A stretch of 64,000 nucleotides of DNA from Opitutales bacterium (GTDB taxonomy: Bacteria > Verrucomicrobiota > Verrucomicrobiia > Opitutales > UBA2987): positions 64,001 to 128,000 of the forward strand of contig CBDDEL010000010.1 of the NCBI GenBank assembly GCA_965226885.1, written 5' to 3'. Under the pieces are notes generated by a model. That model had not been told where the DNA came from and did no database searches. It saw only the letters and a program-made list of their open reading frames with translations. Of this stretch, positions 31,764-44,423 are shown one piece after another (position 1 is the stretch's first letter; each line of letters opens with the position of its first letter). The position numbers and the translations under genes were made by a program.

Positions 31764-33191
31764 ATGCTCAATTATTTGAATAAGATATTATTCCTCTCGT
31801 TAAGTGCATTCATTCTGACGGATGGCTCCAGCGCTTTGGGCTCTGACTATAGCCTGCTCGTGAAGAACGGATGGCTCGTTACTTTGTCCGAGGAGACCGA
31901 GGAATCGTTTGTCGGATTCCTCCTGGTGGATTCTGAAGGTCGCATAGCAAAGATCGGTGTGGGAGAACCCGATCCTGAAGTTGAAGCCGCGTCTGTTGTG
32001 AACGCCAAAGGAAAGATCGTCATGCCGGGTTTTCTTTCGGGCCACTCGCACCCCTGGCAGAGCGCCTGGCGAGGTCTCACACCAGATGGAGAATTGTGGC
32101 CCTGGTTGACGAGTCTCCACTTTACCTACACTGCAACTATCGGTGAAGGGGATTGGTACGCTTTTGCTCTGCACGGCGATTTGGATCACTTGCGACACGG
32201 CATTACAACCTGGATCGACTACTCCCAGCGCTTCGGGGCGCCCGAGGATGTTTACCTGGAGCAATTTCAGGCAGACATTGATTCCGGTGGCCATTTCGTT
32301 TTTTCCTACGTTATGGATATAAATACCATAGGAGATGCCGGGCCGGGCGGTGTGAATGCTTTTTTGGAGCGCAAAGCAGGGACTTCCGGTTCCGAGCGTT
32401 GTCTCCGGGTCAATTTGAACAGCGTGGGGACTCATTTCAATAAAGAGGTTCTGAAACTAGAAGTGGCCATTGCCCATGAACAGGGATGGGAAATGCACTT
32501 TCATTATTTGGAAACGCCTTCGATGGGTGACAGCGCCGACCATTTTTCGTGGTTCGAGGAAACCGGCGCCTTGAAAGAGAAGCTGGTTTTCGCTCATTTT
32601 ATTCATCCCAACGATGAAATTCTCAGGAAATCGGCATCTGCTGGAGCGGCCATGATCTGGAACCCTCTTTCAAATGGCCGCCTTGCTTCCGGTTTGCCGG
32701 ACATACCCCACTATTTGGAGATGGGCATCAAGGTTGGAATGGGTGTTGACGGGCAAGCCAGCGCCGACCTCGCGGACCCCTTCGAGAATATGCGCATGGG
32801 TCTTTACGCGCTACGCATGAAGCATCAAAGCGCAAAGGTAATGCAGCCTATCGATATTCTTCGTCTCCATACCATACGGACTGCCGAAATTCTCGGTGTA
32901 GCCTTTCAAGTCGGGAATCTGGAAGAGGGAAAATTCGCGGATTTTCTCATCATCGATCCCCAAAAGCCCGGCACCGGGCCGATCAACGATCCCGTCGCAA
33001 CTCTCGTATTCTCTTGTAGCGCGAACAATATCGAGGCGGTTTACGTGGCCGGAAAGGCCAAGGTTCTTGGGGGCGAGGTTCTCGGGCATGACTCGCGGGC
33101 CTTGGCCGCAGAAGTTGTTCGCCGTCGCGACGCTGTAATTGCCCGCCGGCCTCCGGGACCGCCCAAACCGCCGTTTCCGGTTAATGAGTAA
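31764..33191 (+). CDS. Amidohydrolase superfamily (nucleobase/nucleoside deaminase-like), probable signal peptide
   Basis: MPGFLSGHSH, HFHYLE, FAH, NPLSN.RLASG, GMGVDG. Start at 31764 is inferred. Confidence 0.85.
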   Translation: MLNYLNKILFLSLSAFILTDGSSALGSDYSLLVKNGWLVTLSEETEESFVGFLLVDSEGRIAKIGVGEPDPEVEAASVVNAKGKIVMPGFLSGHSHPWQSAWRGLTPDGELWPWLTSLHFTYTATIGEGDWYAFALHGDLDHLRHGITTWIDYSQRFGAPEDVYLEQFQADIDSGGHFVFSYVMDINTIGDAGPGGVNAFLERKAGTSGSERCLRVNLNSVGTHFNKEVLKLEVAIAHEQGWEMHFHYLETPSMGDSADHFSWFEETGALKEKLVFAHFIHPNDEILRKSASAGAAMIWNPLSNGRLASGLPDIPHYLEMGIKVGMGVDGQASADLADPFENMRMGLYALRMKHQSAKVMQPIDILRLHTIRTAEILGVAFQVGNLEEGKFADFLIIDPQKPGTGPINDPVATLVFSCSANNIEAVYVAGKAKVLGGEVLGHDSRALAAEVVRRRDAVIARRPPGPPKPPFPVNE

Positions 33192-33264
33192 GTAAAAACA
33201 ATGTGCAAGCTCCTTTACCTCCTCCTTTGAGAATACCTATTCCTCTATCAATTTAGCAGCGGTC

Positions 33265-34776
<1,512 letters not shown>

Positions 34777-34828
34777 CCGGCGATTTAACTTACCGGAAAA
34801 CGCGGAAAGAGGGAAAACTTCTTTTATT

Positions 34829-36220
34829 TTATAAAAGACGTTTGGAAAGAGCGGCATGTTCCACCGCTTCCAGGTATTTCTGGATGCGGGCTTCAGGCTC
34901 AAGCTCGTTGGCTTCTTTGAGCAGCGGAATGGCCTCCTCGTATTCGGCCTGGCGCACATGCATCTGGGCCTGTCTCATGAGGGCACGGTGTTGATATTCA
35001 TCGATTTTGCGCGCCGCCTCGTAGTTGAGGATGCATTCCTCGAAGTCCCCATGATCGGCCTGTATCCCGGCCAATTCAAGAAGCGCTTCCCCGGCCAGGG
35101 GATTGCGCCCAATGATCAATTTAAGAATTTCTTCCGCCTTGGCATCATCGCCGGTGGCGCGCGCAATGCGGGATTCCATGGTTAGAAGGGTGAGCTCCTC
35201 GTCGTCCTTCAGTCGGCCGTTAAAGGTACTTTTGATGGAAGCGATATAGAGAGTAGCATCGTCCCAGACGCCCCGGTCGGTCAGGATTCTTGCGACCATC
35301 ATGGGTCGGCGCACATTTTGCTTGGGATCGGCCTTGAGGGCTTCCACATAGACCGGGTAGGCCAGATTGGCGAGGCCATCATTCATGTAGATGTCTCCGA
35401 GTTGGAAAAGGCTGTCCGGGCGGGCTTTTTTCATCCGGCGCAGAATTTCGTAATTGGCGGCCGATTGAGCAGTTTCTCTGATTCCCAGATAAGCGTTGGC
35501 TTGCAGCAGCCAGTATTCCGCCTTGTCCGGATCTACAGCGATCATTTCTTCAAAAATTCCGATCGAATCCTCCCATTTCTGAAGAATGAGCAGGGCCTGC
35601 GCTTTGCCTAGCTTCCAGTCCTTGTTGTCGGGATCGTAGAGCAGCGCCTGTTCATAGGCCGAAAGGGCCGAAACGGTTTTTTCCTGACTGAGATAACAAT
35701 ACCCGAGCAGCCCATATATATCGCTGTCTGCCCCGCCCAACTCGATGGTCTTGACCAGGTAAGGAGCGGCTTTGCCCAATTCTCCAATGCGGACATGGAC
35801 TTTCCCCAACAGGCTGAATCCGCGCAAGAAATTGGGGAGTTTCTGGATGGATATGAGGTATTGCCGAATGGCTCCCTGAAAATCTCCCGTCTCGAAATAG
35901 AGATTGCCGAGAGTGAAATCGAGGGCTGCGCTTGATTCTGGCAAAATGCTGGCGCGCAGGGTGTTAATGGCCGCATTGACGTCCGAGCGTATCAAGGGAA
36001 CGAGAATATCAAAAAGTTCTTTCTCCTCCGAAGTGATACTAGGCTCGGTGGTCGTGTTGGGCGCATAGCCGTAGGTAAACTTTTTAATAAACTCAGCGTC
36101 GGACCAATAGTCCGGGCGCAAGGGGATGATTTCATTTTGCCCCCCGGCCTGTGTAAATGAGACTGCCAGGATGGCCGCGAGTAAGGTCAATGGATTAAAT
36201 AATTTCTTCATTACCAACAA
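34829..36220 (-). CDS. Secreted tetratricopeptide-repeat protein (TtpD-like)
   Basis: Signal peptide, multiple TPR-like helical repeats, last gene of the TonB cluster. Confidence 0.8.
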   Translation of the reverse strand: MLVMKKLFNPLTLLAAILAVSFTQAGGQNEIIPLRPDYWSDAEFIKKFTYGYAPNTTTEPSITSEEKELFDILVPLIRSDVNAAINTLRASILPESSAALDFTLGNLYFETGDFQGAIRQYLISIQKLPNFLRGFSLLGKVHVRIGELGKAAPYLVKTIELGGADSDIYGLLGYCYLSQEKTVSALSAYEQALLYDPDNKDWKLGKAQALLILQKWEDSIGIFEEMIAVDPDKAEYWLLQANAYLGIRETAQSAANYEILRRMKKARPDSLFQLGDIYMNDGLANLAYPVYVEALKADPKQNVRRPMMVARILTDRGVWDDATLYIASIKSTFNGRLKDDEELTLLTMESRIARATGDDAKAEEILKLIIGRNPLAGEALLELAGIQADHGDFEECILNYEAARKIDEYQHRALMRQAQMHVRQAEYEEAIPLLKEANELEPEARIQKYLEAVEHAALSKRLL

Positions 36221-36265
36221 GTTTGTTTTCTATTTTTAGGGTGTAAAATTTTACCGTTTGGGAGG

Positions 36266-36931
36266 TTAGTTAAGTTTAAAGCTCAAGGGCTGGATGCGGC
36301 GCACTTTTACAGCTTTGCCGTTTTTGGTGCCGGGCTCGAATTTCCATTGCAAAACTGCTTCCATGGATGGTTTTTCGAACTCGCGGTGGCTGGATTCCTT
36401 GATAGTGGCTTTGATTACCTTGCCCCGCTCGTCGATGATGACGACCAGCTTGACCCAGCCTTCGATGCCCTCTCTTTTGAATTGAAAGGGATAAACAGGT
36501 GGAATGGCTACCAACCGCCGGGGATTGTTATCGAGGTCCTTGAGTTCAAAAATATCCATCATTCCAATGGTATCCGGGGTCACTCCGAATTGCCCGATGG
36601 CGCTGCCTACATTGAGGGAATCGCCAACTCCCGGATTGAGGGCCACATCCAGCTGGCTCAAGTCCAAAGGCTGAATTTCTTCCTGTAGTTCCGGTTTTTC
36701 TTCCTCTTCCTCTTCCTCTTCCTTGGGTGGAGGCTCCGGCGGGGGCGCTGGCGGTGGAGTAATGCTGGGGGGCGGAACAATCTGGTGGGATGGCGGCTTA
36801 TTGAGATTGGAGAGCAATTGGGTCAGGGGCAAAGCCAGGAATATCAAGGCGGATAGAATCAATGCGCCACCAAAGGAGAGAAATGGACCTTTGCTGAGGT
36901 TGGGCGGATGATATACTTTTTTCTCACTCAT
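36266..36931 (-). CDS. tonB: Energy transducer TonB
   Basis: N-terminal TM, Pro/Glu-rich linker, PVYP...GIEGWV...WKFEPG. Confidence 0.92.
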   Translation of the reverse strand: MSEKKVYHPPNLSKGPFLSFGGALILSALIFLALPLTQLLSNLNKPPSHQIVPPPSITPPPAPPPEPPPKEEEEEEEEKPELQEEIQPLDLSQLDVALNPGVGDSLNVGSAIGQFGVTPDTIGMMDIFELKDLDNNPRRLVAIPPVYPFQFKREGIEGWVKLVVIIDERGKVIKATIKESSHREFEKPSMEAVLQWKFEPGTKNGKAVKVRRIQPLSFKLN

Positions 36932-37049
36932 ACTGGTTATTTCTCTAACTTTGTCTCATCCAATGGCAATATCAGGCGTTCGCAGGGTAGATTCTATATT
37001 CATTAATACGGTCCACTATCCAAAATATTAGAAAATATCGAAAAATTGT

Positions 37050-37454
37050 TCAATTTGTGGCGTTAATGCTGATGGCGACTTCAGGTTTGGCAAATTTCGC
37101 TTCGTCCATAACCCTGACCATTATCCCGGAGGGGGCTTCAGGTTCCACTTCCAGTATGAGTGGCAGCACTTCGCGCTGCATTTTATTACGCACGGTGGCG
37201 CGCACGCCGCTCAGGCCGATTTCCTTGCCTTCATATATGACGGATCCGCCTTTGGTTATGTGAAAAACGACCGTTTCATTGTCGAGGTTGTTGGCGCCTC
37301 CCGGTGACGGCTTGTTCACATCAAGGCCCTCCTCCTCCACAAAAACCGTGGTCACAATAAAAAAGATCAGGAGAATGAAGACCATATCGATCATCGGGGA
37401 GATATTGATGTCGATCCCTTCGTCCGCTCCGGAAACGTTTCTTCGATTACTCAT
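37050..37454 (-). CDS. exbD: Biopolymer transporter ExbD
   Basis: INISPMIDMVFILLIFFIVTT. Confidence 0.93.
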   Translation of the reverse strand: MSNRRNVSGADEGIDINISPMIDMVFILLIFFIVTTVFVEEEGLDVNKPSPGGANNLDNETVVFHITKGGSVIYEGKEIGLSGVRATVRNKMQREVLPLILEVEPEAPSGIMVRVMDEAKFAKPEVAISINATN

Positions 37455-37457
37455 ATT

Positions 37458-38093
37458 TTAGACAATCCCCTCATGCTGGCTTTTTGGCAATCTGGTGAAA
37501 TGCTGCAATGTAAGGCTTTCCACTCGTTCAATAAAAGCGGCCTGCTCCTGCCTGCGCCGGGTCAGCATATAAACAAGTATATAGCCGGGTATGGCGATAA
37601 TCAAACCGGTCTGAGTGGTAATGAGGGCTTCGGATATACCCTTGGCCACGACGTCGATTACCTGTCCCGAACTGTGGGCCAATCCCTTGAAGGTGGTCAA
37701 CATCCCCATCACCGTGCCGAGCAGCCCCATGAGAGGGGACACCGTTACAAGTATGCTTAAAAATATGATCTTGCGCTGAACCCGAGGAAGGTGGGCGGTT
37801 TTAATTTCCTCAAATCGACTCTCCACATCCCGCAAGGTTTTTACGCCGGTTTGGCTGTATTTGATGATCGCGCCGATGGTTCCTTTGCTCTTTGCAGGAT
37901 TTCTGATCCATTCCTCCCAGATGAGTTCATCTACGGTGCGGTATTCTTCGCGCCGGAAATATATGAGCATTTCCAAGGCGTAAAAATAGATGACGAATGC
38001 CAGCATGGCCAAAGGGTACATGAGCGGACCCCCGTCCTGCCAGATGCTCTCGGCATCCTTAATGAAATCCAGAAATGTCGAATCTCCTTCCAT
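37458..38093 (-). CDS. exbB: MotA/TolQ/ExbB proton channel
   Basis: SPLMGLLGTVMGM, GISEALITTQTGL. Confidence 0.88.
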   Translation of the reverse strand: MEGDSTFLDFIKDAESIWQDGGPLMYPLAMLAFVIYFYALEMLIYFRREEYRTVDELIWEEWIRNPAKSKGTIGAIIKYSQTGVKTLRDVESRFEEIKTAHLPRVQRKIIFLSILVTVSPLMGLLGTVMGMLTTFKGLAHSSGQVIDVVAKGISEALITTQTGLIIAIPGYILVYMLTRRRQEQAAFIERVESLTLQHFTRLPKSQHEGIV

Positions 38094-38095
38094 GC

Positions 38096-39484
38096 TTAAA
38101 TTTTGGTTTCAAGACCATTCTTGAAGGCCACCGCTGTTTGTTCCATGCTGGCCAGCACCCCTTTGGTTTTGCGCAAAAGCAATGCGTGGATGATGAGAGA
38201 CGGGATGGCCACAAATAGGCCGAACTCGGTCGTAATGAGCGCTTCGGAAATACCGCTGGAGAGTGAGCGGGCATCTCCGGTGCCGAATACGGTGATGAGT
38301 TTGAAGGTTTTGATCATTCCGGTTACGGTGCCGAGCAGACCGAGCAAGGGGGAGGTTGCCGCTACCACGGCAATAAATGGGATGAGCCTCTCCAGTTTGG
38401 GCTGCGTTTGTAGAAGCCGTTCGTAAAGAACCTCTTCCAGTAAATCCTTGCTTTCCCCTGCATTGTTGACGGCGTCGGTCAGCAGCAGCCCGACCGGGCC
38501 CTTGATTTTTTTCGCCCTTAACAAAGCGGCCTCGCTGTCGTTATTGCGCAGCAAATCCAGAATGTCGTGCAGGTCTTCGGGGCGGGCCCTTTTCACACCT
38601 GAAATTTCAAACCATTTAAACAGGGCGATAATCAAGGCCAAGGCAGCAAGGCCGAGAATAAAATAGATGACCACGCCGCCCTTTTGCACATGCTCGATAA
38701 AGGTTTCCTTGGTCTGAATGACCAGCCTGGCATTGCCCATGGTGGGATCGACGGGGATGGATCCGGTCCTGCTTTCGGAAACCTGCCGGATGGCCGCAGC
38801 GGCTTCTTCACCTAGGGCGTATACGGATGGCTCGGGAGAATCGTTTCTAAGAACGACTTCTCCGGCCGTAGGGGAATTATTGCCCGAAAAAAGGGCTACC
38901 GGTCCCACCAATGTGAAAATGCCCTCTTCCAGTACTTTCTCCGGAGAAAGCGCCTGGCCTTCGAAAATATGACCGCCGGCCAGTTCCCCGATACGATTAA
39001 GGGCCGAATCCACGACCGATACCTGGCGCATGAGTTTTTCCTCTTCGCTCAGAGATGTATTTTCCCCAGTGGATTTGGCGGAACTGATGACATCTTTATA
39101 CAGCTGCACTTCACTGATATGGATTTGCGTCTCGAAACGCTGGATGTAGTCGCCCATAAGGCTCTTGAGGTAGGAGACTTCATCCTCCCTTTTCTTGATT
39201 TCCAGTTCCAGCCCTTGCAAATCGACCGATTTATTGTCCCGCAAACGGGAGGACTGCTCCATTTCCCGGCGCAGGCTCATGACCCGCCCCATCAAACGGC
39301 TTCTCTCATTGGAGAGGGGGATGCGCTCATCGGCAATCCTGTTGCGGGCCTCATCCAACCTTATATTGGCGCTGTTAAGGTCTCTTAGCGAGGAGGAGGA
39401 GGCTCCCTGGAAATCCTGGCCAGGCAGAGAAACCACCGCGGTCAGAAATAGACTCAAATATAATAGGCAATGCGCTTTTTTCAT
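38096..39484 (-). CDS. Long MotA/TolQ/ExbB protein with periplasmic N-terminal domain (TtpC-like)
   Basis: Signal peptide and coiled coil, IPVDPTMG, SPLLGLLGTVTGM, GISEALITT. Confidence 0.88.
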   Translation of the reverse strand: MKKAHCLLYLSLFLTAVVSLPGQDFQGASSSSLRDLNSANIRLDEARNRIADERIPLSNERSRLMGRVMSLRREMEQSSRLRDNKSVDLQGLELEIKKREDEVSYLKSLMGDYIQRFETQIHISEVQLYKDVISSAKSTGENTSLSEEEKLMRQVSVVDSALNRIGELAGGHIFEGQALSPEKVLEEGIFTLVGPVALFSGNNSPTAGEVVLRNDSPEPSVYALGEEAAAAIRQVSESRTGSIPVDPTMGNARLVIQTKETFIEHVQKGGVVIYFILGLAALALIIALFKWFEISGVKRARPEDLHDILDLLRNNDSEAALLRAKKIKGPVGLLLTDAVNNAGESKDLLEEVLYERLLQTQPKLERLIPFIAVVAATSPLLGLLGTVTGMIKTFKLITVFGTGDARSLSSGISEALITTEFGLFVAIPSLIIHALLLRKTKGVLASMEQTAVAFKNGLETKI

Positions 39485-39532
39485 AAATTCTATCTATTTT
39501 ACTTATTTTTTCATAAATTCTATCTATTTTAC

Positions 39533-40312
39533 TTATCTTATAGTTACCGGAAGGTTGATGTAGCTCGCCTTTTGGGGATCCTTATAAACCTGCACCGCAT
39601 CGTAAATGACTTGAGCCATGCTTTGATCGCGGACCCAATTCCATCCATCCTCCTCGGGAACGCCGTAGCCGGCATAATCCTTCGTGGAATCGATAAAATA
39701 GGCATAGGCGATTCCCAAATAGAGGGTCTCGATGATAACCTGCTTTCCATTCTCCAGCTCGTGCAAGCCGGAATCGAGGTAGATGCTGCCGTTGAACTTA
39801 TCGACTTGGGAAAGAATTCCGATCACGTTTTGCATGCGGGCGGAAAGGGATTGTTTGTTAGCCGCATCCGATTTGGATTTCGGCATGCGCGAATATAATG
39901 GGGCGATGGTGTCTTGCAAAGGTTTCGGCAGCAGCGGGTAGATGGAATGTACCTTTTTTTCCAGTTCCACAATCCTGGTCTGGATTACGGCCGAAGCATT
40001 TTTTAATTCCTCCTTTTGTTCCAACAGCTCGGCCCGCTTGGCATCGGCCTTGGATACTTCATCCTGGCTTTTTTCGATTTTTTCTTCGAGGATCGAAATT
40101 TCGCTGTTAATGACTTCGATAATGCCCTCCAGAGTAATCTTATCTTTTTCCCATGCCGATTCCACCTGAGTCAGTGTTTTTTCTGTCTCAATCCAGGTTT
40201 TGAGGGTATTGCGGGTAGATTGCAGTTTGCTTGGAGCCGCCAGGGAGGTTGACAGTGCAAGGCAGCTTAAGCTCAGTGAAATTAATATTTTATTAAGGCA
40301 ATTTCCGGGCAT
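39533..40312 (-). CDS. DUF3450-like coiled-coil periplasmic protein (TtpB-like)
   Basis: Signal peptide, coiled coil, LYLG motif, first gene of the TonB cluster. Confidence 0.75.
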   Translation of the reverse strand: MPGNCLNKILISLSLSCLALSTSLAAPSKLQSTRNTLKTWIETEKTLTQVESAWEKDKITLEGIIEVINSEISILEEKIEKSQDEVSKADAKRAELLEQKEELKNASAVIQTRIVELEKKVHSIYPLLPKPLQDTIAPLYSRMPKSKSDAANKQSLSARMQNVIGILSQVDKFNGSIYLDSGLHELENGKQVIIETLYLGIAYAYFIDSTKDYAGYGVPEEDGWNWVRDQSMAQVIYDAVQVYKDPQKASYINLPVTIR

Positions 40313-40463
40313 GATGGATATTGTTGGTTGTGTGAATGAGTTAAAATCCCGGCCTTTGAGCCGAGCCGTGCAAGCTTTTATGCTAAAGATTATGGTAGTT
40401 TACTTTATGGGTGAGAATTTACCGGTCAAGAAATTAGATAAACAAAAAAGTCAAAAATCAATG

Positions 40464-42137
40464 TTATCTCGGACTGAACGTGTCAACATTTGAATCGTTT
40501 AATTTTTGAAGTTGCCCCTGAAAAGTCGGCATTAACCATAAAAGGACCGCTCCGGCCGCCAATGCCGCCACCGGGGGAAGGCCCAATCCGGTTCCCACAA
40601 AACCAGCCAAGATCGCCACTGAAGCGGCAATGAGGGCGTAGGGCATTTGAGTGCGGACGTGATCATGCGGCTCCACACCGCAGGCGATGGAAGAAACAAT
40701 CGTCGTATCGCTGATGGGGGAACAGTGGTCGCCGAAGACCGCCCCGCTAAAGACCGCCCCCACCACGGCCGGCATCAGTGAATTGATGGGAAGCGTGAGG
40801 GAATCGAGCGGATAGGCAAAAACCATGGGAACGGCCAGGGGCATGAGAAGTATCATGGTTCCCCAGGCCGAGCCGGTGGAAAAAGATATTAAAGCGCCGA
40901 TGAGGAAAACGACTGCCGGGAAAAGAGCCGATGGCACATTCCCGGCCAATAGCCCTGACAAGGCCTCGGCCGCTTTCAACTCCCCCAGAATACTGCTCAA
41001 CACCCACGCCCCGACCAATATCAAGATGGGCACAAAGAGCGCCTGAGCGCCTTCCTGAAAAACTTGCCCGGGCGGTTCCATCCCTTCGCCCTTGGGGTAG
41101 AGCAGGTAAGCTGCTATGGAGCCAAAAGCACTCGAACATACCAGAACCGTGACAACATGATCGCCCCCGAAGGCTGCCACCAGTTTCTCCATTGTGAGAG
41201 GCCAGGCTGCTTCCGTTCCCGAAAAATATATTCCGCAAAAAAATGATACCACCAGCGCCGCCACCGGGATTGCCGCCATCAGCCAATGCCCCTCCGAGGC
41301 CCCGTCTCCCTCCATTTCGTTGACCGAGCCGCCGCCGGCCACGGCCTTCCGGCGGGCCTGGGCCGCTTTTTCGAACTTTTTCATGGCCCCGGGCAAAAAA
41401 TTTCTATGAATGGACACAGCCAGCAGAATGAGGGTGAACCAGCAGTAAAAGTTATAAGGAATTGATCTGAAAAAGAGGGCATAAGGGGCGGCCTCATCAA
41501 GCCTTCCGGCCAAGGCATATCCCTCCCGGATCATGGAAAGCTGGACCGCGATCCAGGTGGAGAGAAAGGCCACGCAGGCCACCGCCGAACTGGTGGAATC
41601 TGCTAGGTAGGCCATCCTCGGGGCGGAAACGCCGCAGCGCCGGGCGGGCCCCCGCATCATGCGGCCCACCATCATGCTGTTGGCCAGCCCGTCAAAAAAC
41701 AAAACGATTCCCATGCCGTAGGCGCACCACTGCAATCGGCGGGCTGGGGCCTTGCTGCGGATGAGAAATCCCTTCACCAGAGCCTGCATTCCCCCTCCTT
41801 TTTCCACCAGGGCGGAAAATCCACCCAGCATAAAGGTAAAAAGAATGGCGCCGATTTTCCACGGGCTTTGCAGGGACGGAATGAGGTGGTCCCGGAAAAA
41901 AGAGACAAATGCCTCCAGAAGGTTGCCCTGGGCCAGAATAATGACTCCGGCCAGGCTTCCCGCCATCAATCCCAAAAGGACCCGGCGCAGCAGCAGGGCC
42001 ACGGCCAGAGTCACCACACTGGGCCAGATCGAGCGCAAGGGGCCGGCGCCCTCGAAAAATACCCATGCAAAGGCTGATGCCACCAGCAGCCAGGCAATCC
42101 ACGAACGCAATCTGGAATCAGGAAATCTCAATAGCAA
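40464..42137 (-). CDS. Na+/H+ antiporter NhaC family protein
   Basis: AYLADSTS, FSTGSAWGT, GAVFGDHCSPISDTTIVSS, HVRTQMPYA. Confidence 0.88.
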   Translation of the reverse strand: MLLRFPDSRLRSWIAWLLVASAFAWVFFEGAGPLRSIWPSVVTLAVALLLRRVLLGLMAGSLAGVIILAQGNLLEAFVSFFRDHLIPSLQSPWKIGAILFTFMLGGFSALVEKGGGMQALVKGFLIRSKAPARRLQWCAYGMGIVLFFDGLANSMMVGRMMRGPARRCGVSAPRMAYLADSTSSAVACVAFLSTWIAVQLSMIREGYALAGRLDEAAPYALFFRSIPYNFYCWFTLILLAVSIHRNFLPGAMKKFEKAAQARRKAVAGGGSVNEMEGDGASEGHWLMAAIPVAALVVSFFCGIYFSGTEAAWPLTMEKLVAAFGGDHVVTVLVCSSAFGSIAAYLLYPKGEGMEPPGQVFQEGAQALFVPILILVGAWVLSSILGELKAAEALSGLLAGNVPSALFPAVVFLIGALISFSTGSAWGTMILLMPLAVPMVFAYPLDSLTLPINSLMPAVVGAVFSGAVFGDHCSPISDTTIVSSIACGVEPHDHVRTQMPYALIAASVAILAGFVGTGLGLPPVAALAAGAVLLWLMPTFQGQLQKLNDSNVDTFSPR

Positions 42138-43292
42138 AAAGGAGGCACACTATATATAGAGGCTGTCCCAAAAGGGTGATTTTTGCGAGGGCTTTTGATA
42201 GGCGCTCATTTTAGAGGTATTTGCATTTGGGAGAGTATCAACTTTGCTCTCCTATGACGTTAGGATACTGGTTTTGGGGTCCGGTTGCCTGGTTTTCTTT
42301 GTATGAGCCGACAGTAAGGCTGTGAAAAAGTATTGTCCTTGCTTTTCCGCTCTCTAGGCCGCCGCTTTGGTTTTTAGTTCGTCTTGCTGGGCCAGCATCT
42401 TGGCTACTTTCCATAGGTTGTGCGAGAGTACCGACCAGGCTACGCTGATCGAGCGGTTGGCAAAGCCTTTGCTGCGCAACCGCCCGGCCTGCCAGCGATT
42501 CTTCAATACCCCGATCCGCCCTTCGGTGCTGGCCCGGCGCTTTTGCAATTGTCTGAACAGTGGCTCCTCCATCCGTTTTTTCAACTGCTTCGGATCGCGT
42601 GGACAGAGCGCGTCGTAGATTCCCTCCTGGGCTAACTGCCGGCGGGCCCGCTGGGAGGCAAATCCCCGGTCCGCGCACATGGCCGCTATGGGTTCTTCCA
42701 GGTTGAAGCGGTTCTGTCTTTGCAAACTCTCTTGCATTTGTTCATTTTCGCTTGGAGTTCGGCTGCCGTAGAGTTTCCAGTCCAGCAGGTACCCTTCAAC
42801 GCTTTCTCCCAAAAACAGGGTGTTGCCGAACTCGACCTCTTGGCCCGCTTTACCTCGCACAATCACCTGCCCATCGAGTTCGTAAACACTCAAGACTTTC
42901 TCTGCGTTTTTCACCTGGCGGCCGCCAATGATCCGCTCGTGCGCCTGTTTGATGACCACCGGGATTTGCTCGCTCATGCGCTCCATCCGGGCGAGGATCT
43001 GTTGGACCTGTTTTTCGCTGTAATCGCTTTGCTCCCAGCAGGCTTGCAATAATTCCCGGTGACTGCGGGCATGCTCCCCGATCCGTTTGAGCAGCTTTTT
43101 CATCTGCCTCAAGATACCCTTGCGCTGCCGCGCGCTGTCCTTTCGCCGCCGGCTGTGGGTCATCTGTATGCACAGCCGATTCATCTGCCGAGCCAAGGGC
43201 TCCGGTTCGATCGGCATGCGATGGCGCAAACCGGCCTTCTCGCGGATCAGCCGGATCGCTTTGAGCAACGTGCCGGCTACATCCTTGAGTAA

Positions 43293-44423
43293 TACCAAAT
43301 CGCAAAAGGATTGATAAAGATTAAAAAACAGCTATAAAGGCGGAATGAGAAGATATATGGGAACCGATGAAGACCGTGAACGTATCAAGAAATTGCTCAA
43401 CAAAGAGGCTGTCGGCTGGCGTAAAGAGCGTTTGGTGGCATTAAAAATGGGCTTCCAGCCGCACCACAGCATTGATGAAATTGGAGCCATCGTGGGCCGA
43501 GGCAAAGCGACGATCCAGCGTTGGTTTGACAAATATCGTGCTGCAGGGCTCGGGGCGGTGCTTACACGCGCCTACAAAGGCGGGATCAAAAGCCGTTGCG
43601 ACAAAGAGGTGGAGGCCTTCTTGCTCAATGGTTTGAAGGTCGCGCGCTGGAACACAGCCGTTCAGGCGGGGCAAGAGCTGGAGCGACATTTCGGGCGCTC
43701 CTTCGCCTACAAGACGGTGTGGCGATGGCTAAAAAAATGCGCCGGGGTGCTTCGAGTCCCTCGCCCCGTGCATGAGAAACGGGACTCGGCAAAAGCGGAA
43801 GCGTTCAAGCGAGACTTTTCTAAGATCCTCCAGGAGCTTTCCCTCACCCGAGGCAATCGGATTCGGGTGTGGTTTGCCGATGAAAGCCGTTTTGGTTTGC
43901 TTCCGGTGTACCGCCGGTGCTGGACGCAAAGAGGGCTTCGGCCGCACAAAAAATATCAGACAAGATACCAGTGGAGCTACTGTTACGGAGCCCTCGACGT
44001 GGTCAACGGCGAGATGGTATGCATCCAAACCCCTAGCACGAATCTACAGTGGACGGAGGCTTTCCTCCAACAGATCAAAAAGCAATATCCTGAGGAGGAA
44101 CATGTGGTTGTATGGGACGGGGCAGGCTTCCATCCGCACGACTCGGAGCACCCCAACGTCCCCCCGGGCATACATATCGTGAATTTGCCGCCGTATAGTC
44201 CTGAACTCAACCCGATTGAAAGACTTTGGGATATGATACAGGATCAAACGGCCAACAAACTGTGGCCGAGCATTGAGCGACTCGAAGAAGTCGTCGCAAC
44301 CCATCTCAAAGACTGGTGGGAGGACACTGAAAAAGTCCTCTCTTTAGTTGGCGGAGGCTGGCAGCACATTCAAGCAAACGCTTCTGCCAAATAACTTATT
44401 ATCATACCTAATGAGATTTGGTA
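43293..44423 (+). mobile_element. IS630-family element, intact transposase 43345-44394
   Basis: IR TACCAAATC (14/17 match extended). Motifs FADESRFG, WDGAGFH, LPPYSPELNPIERLW. Confidence 0.93.

Noticed and set aside
43730..43737. A-run in the IS630 transposase as a programmed frameshift
   Set aside because: The HTH and DDE regions are already in one continuous frame.
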